A stretch of DNA of 64,000 nt from Octopus vulgaris (taxonomy: Eukaryota). The stretch spans positions 19,778,001-19,842,000 of the forward strand of contig OX597814.1 of the NCBI GenBank assembly GCA_951406725.2, in the 5' to 3' direction. The stretch's first letter is position 1. Every line of letters starts with the position of its first letter. The notes beneath the pieces were generated by a model. That model did not search any database, was not told where the DNA came from, and was given only the letters and a program-made list of their open reading frames with translations. The position numbers were made by a program, and so were the translations under genes. This document shows positions 55,664-64,000 of this stretch, piece by piece.

Positions 55664-55709
55664 AAAACTGTCCGACGAACGGGAACGTGAAATTCTGAAT
55701 AACAGTTTT
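55664..55709 (+). ncRNA. minimal hammerhead-like motif with variant core CCGACGA
   Basis: aaaactgt CCGACGA acg ggaa cgt GAAA ttc t gaa TA acagtttt; perfect stems I and II. Confidence 0.7.
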
Positions 55710-55807
55710 TGTGATATGCTTTTTGCTGCTTTTCAGTAAAGCTTCTTGTATCCGAGTACTATTTTATTCCACCTTGTTTCGCATTTATGTGCCTACTCCG
55801 GTGTATG

Positions 55808-55904
<97 letters not shown>

Positions 55905-56064
55905 GTACACTTGTGTCGGAAATTAATTAGCACTTCTGAAATTTCTACATTTTCTTACATTTTCTTAATTTAATTAACTTATTATCAGAAACGAACTCGT
56001 TTTTAATCAAAAATTTATTAAAACATATCCCAGCACACCACATAATTGTTATTAATCGTGAAAT

Positions 56065-57054
56065 TTAGTCAATATCTTGTTGCTCCTCCTTTGACAGCAA
56101 TGACAGCTGCTACGCGGGTCGGCATGCTGTCTATGAGTGCCTGCAGGTACTGTGCAGGGATGGCCCCCCCATGCAGCAAGAAGTGCCCCAAACAGCTCGT
56201 GTCGGTTCCTGTATTGTTGCACATTCAAATCCCTACCCAATCGACTCCAGAGGTTCTCAATAGGGTTCAGGTCAGGTGACTGGCCAGGCCAGTCCATGAC
56301 CGTCACCCCATGGTCCTTGAAGAAACCGGTTGTGAGCTTGGCTGTGTGGGAAGGCGCGTTGTCCTGCTGGAGCACGTACTCCTCGCCACCAAAGAGGTAT
56401 CCCGTACTATCTCAACGTACTTTGCTGCGTTGATGTTGCCTTCGACGGCATAGAGCCGCCCAACACCACTGTAGCTGAACGCCCCTCACACCATCAGACC
56501 ACCCCCACCATGCTTCATGGTGGGAGCAATGCAGTCTTTGTTGAAGCGTTCACCCCTGCGGCGTCGCACATGGACAGGCTTGTCACTGACGAGACTGAAT
56601 CGCGACTCGTCAGTGAACATCACTGTCCGCCACTGCTGCACGGTCCATGTCTTGTGGGCACGGGCCCAGAGCAGCCGCCTCTTCCGGTTTTGGGCTGTAA
56701 GGAGCGGCTTACGGGTGGCCCTACAGCTTCCAGTAATCTGGTCTTGGCGGTGGTTGTAGACAACTGCTTGCCTGTCATCTTTTGCATCTCCTCCGCCAGT
56801 TGCCGGCTCGTTGCCCTTCGGTTGTACAGTGACTTTCGGATCAGCATCCGGTCCTCCCGCTGGGTCGTCAGCCTCTTCCGTCCCCTACCCTTTTTGTCAG
56901 CTGCTGATCCGGTTTCCTTGTATTTCTTAAATAAGCACTGAATTGTGCGCCTGGCTACACCAAGTTTTCTGGCTATTGCAACCTCCGACAGCTTCCCACG
57001 CCACGAGAGAGCCTCGTACCGTCTCTCCAAGGTCATGCGAGGTTTTGGGCCCAT
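56065..57054 (-). pseudogene. Tc1 transposase, frameshifted
   Basis: HTH and GRGRKRLTT at the N-terminus; VMFTDESRF; QQDNAPSH...SPDLNPIE with 34 residues between D and E. Confidence 0.92.
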
Positions 57055-57156
57055 CTAGGAATGAACGATAAAAACCAGTTATTTTCATTAAAACTATTCA
57101 TTTGAATGATGTTATGCTATAACAAAACTGCTATGAAAGAAAGCAGAATTTCTCAC
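57055..57156 (-). other. candidate 102-bp intron in the transposase 5' UTR
   Basis: rc AAG|GTGAGA...TTTTTATCGTTCATTCCTAG|ATG; AT-rich relative to the GC-rich ORF. Confidence 0.55.
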
Positions 57157-57188
57157 CTTATTTGATGTATAACAGAAAGTTTTGTGAA

Positions 57189-57203
57189 CCGGAAGTGACG
57201 TCA
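57189..57203. promoter_or_regulatory. overlapping ETS-CRE motif upstream of the transposase
   Basis: CCGGAAGTGACGTCA = ETS CCGGAAGT overlapping CRE TGACGTCA. Confidence 0.55.
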
Positions 57204-58042
57204 CCAAGCAGAGTGTAGGAGAATTTGTGAGGAAAAAAAATCTTGCAAATACACAAATCAATTAACCTACGAGCTGTTCAAAACGTCTTACGCGATGAGA
57301 AAACTTAGTACGGTGTGATTTCGGTCCTTGCGAGGCGCTACCTATATCTATTAAACAAAGGAAGATTTGTCTGCATCCGCACTCCAAGTTGTTGTTGCAC
57401 TGCTATGTCAACATCATTAGGCTGTAGACTCTCAAACTGCTCTGCAAACAAAGTTACGTCATCGTTCTGCGCAACAGTGAACTCGCAACAAAGCAATAGT
57501 TCCAGATATGGCCACTAGGTGACAGCAAATACCTTGAGTGAAGAGCAAATCAAGGGTGCTAATTAATTTCTGACGGTAGTGTATGTGTGTATGTATAATT
57601 TGGGTACAGAAATTTCCAAATCAATCATATCGTACTTTGGTGTCTTATTAAAATTATAACTATGTATAGTGTAATTACCCCGCTTGGTATTAATCACCTA
57701 TAATTACCCATAGTTCCCTACTATCTCAAATCACCATTTTCGTACCAGCAAAAATAGGAAGATATGTATTTGATTTTTTCTTGTGATATATCACATTTAA
57801 TCACAAACATTTTTATCTGATGTTTAATCTTTTATCTCACATTCTGTATTTGACATATACTTGACTTTACATGATTTTATATATATACTAATCCATATTT
57901 ATAATGTATAATTTATAAATTTTAATTCTTGATATTACAAAGTATAATTTTTATTCTTAATTTTTAATTCGTAATTTTAAATCTTTAATGCTTAGTTGTA
58001 TTGCTTATTTTTAAAGGATGCAAAATTATATATATATATATT

Positions 58043-58583
58043 GAAGTAGAACCTGAAGATGTATTGGAATAATTGTAAATCTGACGATTGCATATATGTA
58101 TTTATATATGTATATATATATGGGCATACAGTTGTGCATATACTCTTTTACTTGTTTCAGTCATTTGACTGTGGCCATGCTGGAGCACCGCCTTTAGTCA
58201 AGCAAATCGACCCCGGGACTTATTCTTTGTAAGCCCAGTACTTATTCTATCGGTCTCTTTTGCCGAACCGCTACGTTACGGGGACGTAAACACACCAGCA
58301 TCGGTTGTCAAGCAATGCTTGGGGGACAAACACAGACACACACACACACACACACACATACATATATATATACATATATACGACGGGCTTCTTTCAGTTT
58401 CCGTCTACCAAATCCACTCACAAGGCATTGGTCGGCCCGGGGCTATAGCAGAAGACACTTGCCCAAGATGCCACGCAGTGAGACTGAACCCGGAACCATG
58501 TGGTTGGTTAGCAAGCTACTTACCACACAGCCACTCCTTATATATTGTAATCTTCCAATACTGAAACACGTGTAGTTTCTTCA
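58043..58583 (+). ncRNA. type I hammerhead split by a SINE insertion in loop II
   Basis: gaagtagaac CTGAAGA(58053-59) t gtattggaa ... ttccaatac t GAAA(58563-66) cacgtg TA gtttcttc. Confidence 0.78.
58143..58538 (-). mobile_element. SINE family B
   Basis: rc of the family sequence, near full length. Confidence 0.9.
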
Positions 58584-59096
58584 TATTTAATAAATATAAG
58601 TATTAACTAAAGTAGGATATAATTAATGAAGTATATTATATACCGTGCTGGTAATTTTGGTTATATCCTTTAAGTATTATTTCGTGATGTGCAAACTGAT
58701 ACCTTGAGTTTACTGTCAGATATACTCATTAAGCTATTTTTGTATTATCTGAAATAGAATACCCACATATCGATTAATACCCCAAAATTGTGTGTATATA
58801 TATATATATATATATTATGTATATATATATTATGTATATGTGGCATGTTCTGTGTGTGTATATGTCTGCGCATGTCTGTGTGTACCAAAAAGTGTTTGGA
58901 TTCTGTGTTTTACGTATATACACATTTGCTTTATTACGCATTAATTATTTTGGTGATAACTAATTATTTTCGATGTTGATGAGCAAAATGTTTAACTGCT
59001 TCTTTTAGATATAATTATTTGCTTTTTAATCGAACTGGGATTTTTTATTATCTGTTGAGATTTTTGTGAACATAATCAGAACGTTAAATATATATT

Positions 59097-59173
<77 letters not shown>

Positions 59174-59175
<2 letters not shown>

Positions 59176-59481
59176 GCGCAATGGCCCAGTGGTTAGGGCA
59201 GCGGACTCGCGGTCATAGGATCACGGTTTCGATTCCTAGACTAGGCATTGTGAGTGTTTATTGAGCGAAAACACCTAAAGCTCCACGAGACTCCGGCAGG
59301 GGGTGGTGGCAATCCCTGCTGTACTCTTTCGCCGCAACTTTCTCTCACTCATTCTTCTGTTGGCCTGCTCGCTTAGCCAGTGGGGTGGCGTCATTTAAAG
59401 GCTAAAACAATGCGACACGCATTGTGACCAGCGATGTGTAGCAACATCTGATAGCCTGGTCGGTCACGGTGATCACGGTGA
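59174..59481 (+). mobile_element. SINE with the family A head and a different 3' tail
   Basis: Matches family A to ~59350, then diverges and ends (CACGGTGAT)2. Confidence 0.8.
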
Positions 59482-59497
59482 TATATATATACATATA

Positions 59498-59892
59498 TGG
59501 CTGTGTGATAAGAAGCTTGCTTCCCAACCACATGGTTCCAGGTTCAGTTCCGCTGCGTGACACCTTGGGCAAGAGTCTTCTACTATAGCCTCAGACCGAC
59601 CAAAGCCTTGTCAATTGATTTGGTAGACGGAAACTGAAAGAAGCCCGTCATATATGTATATATTTATGTGTGTGTGTTTATGTCAGTGTTTGTCCATGCC
59701 ACCACCATCGCTTGACAACCGATGTTGGTATGCTTACGTCTCCTTAACTTAGCAGTTCAGCGGACGAGACTGATAGAACAAGCACCAGGCTTACAAAGAA
59801 TAAGTACATGGGTCGTTTTCTTCAACTAAAAGGCGGTGCTCCAGCATGGCCACTGTCAAAATGATTGAAACAAGTAAAAGAATAAAAGAATA
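59498..59892 (+). mobile_element. SINE family B, diverged
   Basis: Matches the family body and tail. Confidence 0.82.
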
Positions 59893-60840
59893 ATTTCGTT
59901 ATTGACATAATCCGCTTCAGTTTTATGTCGTTGTTTTACATAAGTGAGACCTGGTTATGTTATATATTTTTTCGAATTGATTTCCCTTGATTCTTGTGGA
60001 ATTTTATTTTCTGCAGTCTTCTGTCTCATTGGTTAACGAGTTACAAACTGTTGTGTTCATATTCAGGGTTTTTGTGTTATATTCTTCGGCACTAGATTTC
60101 TTTATTCATTTTACAATTGCTAAATGTGAAATCATCACGACATATAAATGAAAAAAATTCACCATTTCTTTTTCTCAATTTGAAATATCAACCTTTAGAA
60201 ACTATAACTTTTCAGGGTGTCTCTTATTTGGTCGTTGTTATTGGATTTATCTTTATTATCCCATAGTGCAGAAATAGTCGATCTTCCCCTATTTGCAAGT
60301 TTCGTTTCGCCATTTTGATTTTTAAGTGCAGATGGAAAATATGAAATAAAAAGTTATAAATATATTATCAGAGAAGAAATAGAATTCAAATGTTCATTGG
60401 AAAGACAGAATACAGAAAAAAATAAAACATAAAACGTAGATAACTATCGATTGAAGAAACAATGATAAATATTAATAGTTTTGTACTGAACACATAAAAA
60501 GTTTCTTAATACTTTCGTAGTATATCTACCTTCACTACAACTGTAAAACAGTTAAAATGTTATGTATGCGTATATAAACGAAGGAGAGCTGTATATCTAA
60601 CTTCACTAACACTGTAAAATAAAAAGAACTAAAGATATATGTGATAAATACCTATCGATGAAAAAGGAAAAGAAATCACACCAGACAAATTGTAAAGCAT
60701 TATTTTTTTTATATATATAATGACACTTTGTAAGCGAAGTCGACTCCGCGGCGAAGCCAGCGTGGATATATATATATTAAAATGGGAAGACAAATAAAAC
60801 TAGGAAAAAATAATTGACCTTATGTGTGTGAATATAAGTA

Positions 60841-60875
<35 letters not shown>

Positions 60876-60882
<7 letters not shown>

Positions 60883-62051
60883 AATAAAAAATATGCATAT
60901 ATATAAACATATATGTACGTACCTACCTCTACATGTACATATACACGCATATATGTGTACAGGACACCAAAAGGACGTCGAACACATAGAGAGACGAAAA
61001 ACATAGACACAAACCAAGGAACAAGACAAGCAAAAAAAGGAGATACAGGACAATAAGCACAACGAAAAATCCCCTTCTTCAGTCGCTAAAGTTTCATCTA
61101 CTAAACGTTTCGAAGGATAAAAGCGAGACGTATACTTCGAATGAAAAATTCCTTCCCGCGAAAAGCAAATCAATTAAAATTCTGAGATCTTGTCGCAGAG
61201 GGGTAAAAAAAGCAAGACGGTAACGACAGTACAAACATATAAACAGTAAAAAATATATATATAAACAGTGGAAAAATAAATATATAACAGTGAGAGACAG
61301 GACAAGGAGAACAAGATAAGAAGGGCTGTTAACGCCAGACGAAAAAAGTATTGCAAACGCTGGATTATAGTGGACGACGAGAGAGGAAGATGTCGACCAG
61401 TGGCCTTAGAAGGCAGGCAAGAAAGGACGGGACAGCAGTTACGACGGAAGTACGTCGCAGATGGACGACGGGAATGGGGGAGGAGGAGCAAGAGGAAGAG
61501 AGAGAAGAAGGGGAATGGTGCGAGGAGACCATGAAGAACAGTGAGGGGAGAGAGAGAGGAAGAGACAAGTTAAGTGAGGGAAAAAAGACGAAAAAGGGAA
61601 TGGGAGAGAAAGAAAGAAAGAAAGATGCAGAGTCGCGTGAGAGTTAATATCAAGGCGAACTTGATAAACAGAACAATCTTACTTAATAGGGTGCGTGCGT
61701 TTAGTCGTATAATATGTTAATAAAAAATATGCATATATATAAACATATATGTACGTACCTACCTCTACATGTACATATACACGCATATATGTGTACAGGA
61801 CACCAAAAGGACGTCGAACACATAGAGAGACGAAAAACATAGACACAAACCAAGGAACAAGACAAGCAAAAAAAGGAGATACAGGACAATAAGCACAACG
61901 AAAAATCCCCTTCTTCAGTCGCTAAAGTTTCATCTACTAAACGTTTCGAAGGATAAAAGCGAGACGTATACTTCGAATGAAAAATTCCTTCCCGCGAAAA
62001 GCAAATCAATTAAAATTCTGAGATCTTGTCGCAGAGGGGTAAAAAAAGCAA
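60876..62051. mobile_element. element with two 340-bp direct repeats (period 836 bp)
   Basis: 60876-61215 equals 61712-62051 by eye; purine-rich non-coding interior; related fragment at ~39970. Confidence 0.75.
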
Positions 62052-62565
62052 AGAGACAAAACCACTATTAGGCAAATCAAACAATGAAAAACTGAAGCCA
62101 ATACATATGATTAATTTATATTATTTAAATATGTAACAAAATTATTAAAAAAATATAATTAATATCACACTACGATCGTTTCATGCCTGCTGTCTTCAAA
62201 TTTTTGAGTCGCAGTCATTCATCAGGTGGTTTAAATATCTAAAATATAATCAATATTTTTAAGATATAAATAATATATATAATATAATAATTTTACTTAT
62301 AATAAACTCTATTATTAAATATGATTATATCGAAATCGACTATAATGTTAAATATTAACTTTAATTTATAAGGTAGAAAACCCATATTCTAATATCAATA
62401 TTAGTCTATATCTAATTATATAAATGTATTGGCTTAAGTTTTTCATTGTTTGATTTGCCTAATAGTGGTTTTGTCTCTAATTTAATATAATATAATATTT
62501 TACTATAAAATTGGATTCAATCCTAAATCTGATTTTTCCCTGGATTTATTCCCTAATATTTATTA
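62052..62565. mobile_element. Penelope-pLTR-like insert, same family as 617-1005
   Basis: Inverted arms 62052-62105 and 62424-62478; 62424-62565 is the rc homolog of 617-765. Confidence 0.75.
62164..62232 (-). ncRNA. type I hammerhead ribozyme with extended stem II
   Basis: rc: cac CTGATGA atg actgc gac tcaaa aa tttga agaca gcag g cat GAAA cgatcg TA gtg. Confidence 0.8.
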
Positions 62566-62739
62566 TATATATATATTTATATATATATATATGGCGGGGG
62601 GGAGAATTTCACGAAAAAAACAGAAGACGAAGACAGGTGGTGTTGAAAACAAACAGATGTATTAGTATAACGCTCGAGAATTGAAAAGGTCTTACACACA
62701 CACACCCATATGTGTGTGTGTGTATGTACACACATACAA

Positions 62740-63700
62740 GATGACGTTGCAGCAGTTCTAAAATAGCTCCGGGTACTGATGACATTAGCTCAGAAATTTT
62801 GAAATTTGGTGGAGGAAAGGATGACCGAACTACTCTATTCCTTTTGTTAAATATTCTTTTCTACTCTAGGCACAAGGCCCAAAATTTTTGGGGAGGCGAC
62901 CAGTCGATTAGGTCGACACCAGTACGCAACTGGTACTTAATTCATCGACGCCGAAAGAATGAAAGGCAAACTTGACCTCAGCGGAATTTGAACTCAGAAC
63001 GTAGCGACAGACGAAATACCTATTTCTTTACTACCCACAAGGGGCTAAACATAGAGAGGACAAACAAGGAAAGACAAACGGATTAAGTCGATTACATCGA
63101 CCCCAGTGCGTAACTGGTACTTATTTAATCGATCCCGAAAGGATGAAAGTCAAAGTTGACTTCGGCAGAATTTGAACTCAGAACGTAGCGGCAGACGAAA
63201 TACCGCTAAGCATTTTGCCCAGCGTGCTAACGATTTTGCCAGCTCACCGTCATCCTTTTCTTAAATATTACTGGAAGAAAGAGGAGGGGATCTCAAGACT
63301 GGGTTGGTTCTATTCTCATTCCCAAGAACTTATGTAGAAATTTCCGTGGAATATCTTTGTTGTCAGTTGTTGGAAAGGTGCTTCCGCGTGTTCTCTTAGA
63401 TCACCTTGGTAAATTCATTGTCCCGAGAGTTGTAACGGAGTCACAATGTGGATTCTGCGTTTCTCGAGAGACAGTTCATAAGATCTCAATTATCCGGCAG
63501 TTGCAAGAGAAATACAACGAACTAATCATGGGCTTGTGCCATTGTTTTGTGGATTTTAGCAAAGCTTTTGAGACAATTAACAGGAATTCATTATGGTTGG
63601 TGCTGAAGAAATTTGGCTGCCTTGAAAAGTTTGTGACTATAACCAGAGCTGTCCATAAGGATATGAAGGCCCGGATTACCTTTGAAAATGGACCTAAGCA
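62740..63700 (+). mobile_element. RTE-clade LINE reverse transcriptase fragment, interrupted by SINEs
   Basis: APGTDDISSEILKFGG (~62765-62815); LSVVGKVL..ESQCGF..IRQLQEK..CFVDFSKAFETINR..LKKFGC. Confidence 0.85.
62853..63250 (-). mobile_element. SINE family C, two adjacent copies
   Basis: rc family core at ~62930-63010 and ~63110-63190; TCCTTTT(G/C)TTAAATATT flanks as a probable TSD. Confidence 0.82.
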
Positions 63701-64000
63701 AGGTAATTTCGAAGCACAAAACGGCAATTGCTCCCGACTCTCAATGAGAAGGAGAGACAATGGCAAACGGCAACAATTCTCCGGAATGAATATGCGATTA
63801 TGGAAGAGACACCAGGACAGCAGGTAAGGAAGCACATTGAATAATGCCCTGAAAATAAAACAAAAGACAGTATGGGCATAGTTTGAAAGATTTTGGGTAA
63901 TAGTTCTGTCCAGTCAAGATTGAACCGGAGTAAACAACACTACCACGTGTTATATAGTTAGTTATAAAACCGAATAAAAATTATTCAATAGATTTGTGCG

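Larger units (their letters stand above)
55908..57581 (-). mobile_element. Tc1 (DD34E) transposon with both TIRs
   Basis: CACTTGTGTCGGAAATTAATTAGCAC / GTGCTAATTAATTTCTGACGGTAGTG, TA flanks. Confidence 0.9.

Overview
AT-rich, microsatellite-saturated eukaryotic DNA. The SINE families and repeat landscape look to me like an octopus/cephalopod genome; this is recognition from memory and is not verified. I can support no intact host protein-coding gene. Nearly all listed ORFs are translations of microsatellites, SINEs or the satellite. The window holds three abundant tRNA-headed SINE families plus others, two TIR-bounded Tc1 elements, decayed Tc1 and pogo relics, several MITEs, two non-autonomous Helitrons, RTE/CR1/R4-type LINE fragments and a ~19-copy 143-bp hairpin-rich satellite. 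The most notable hidden structure is a set of at least eight type I hammerhead ribozyme motifs from several sequence families. They sit in short, non-coding, Penelope-pLTR/retrozyme-like inserts that mostly landed in (TA)n tracts, often as asymmetric long inverted repeats. One has a SINE inserted in its stem II loop. SINE and LINE-fragment boundaries are approximate.
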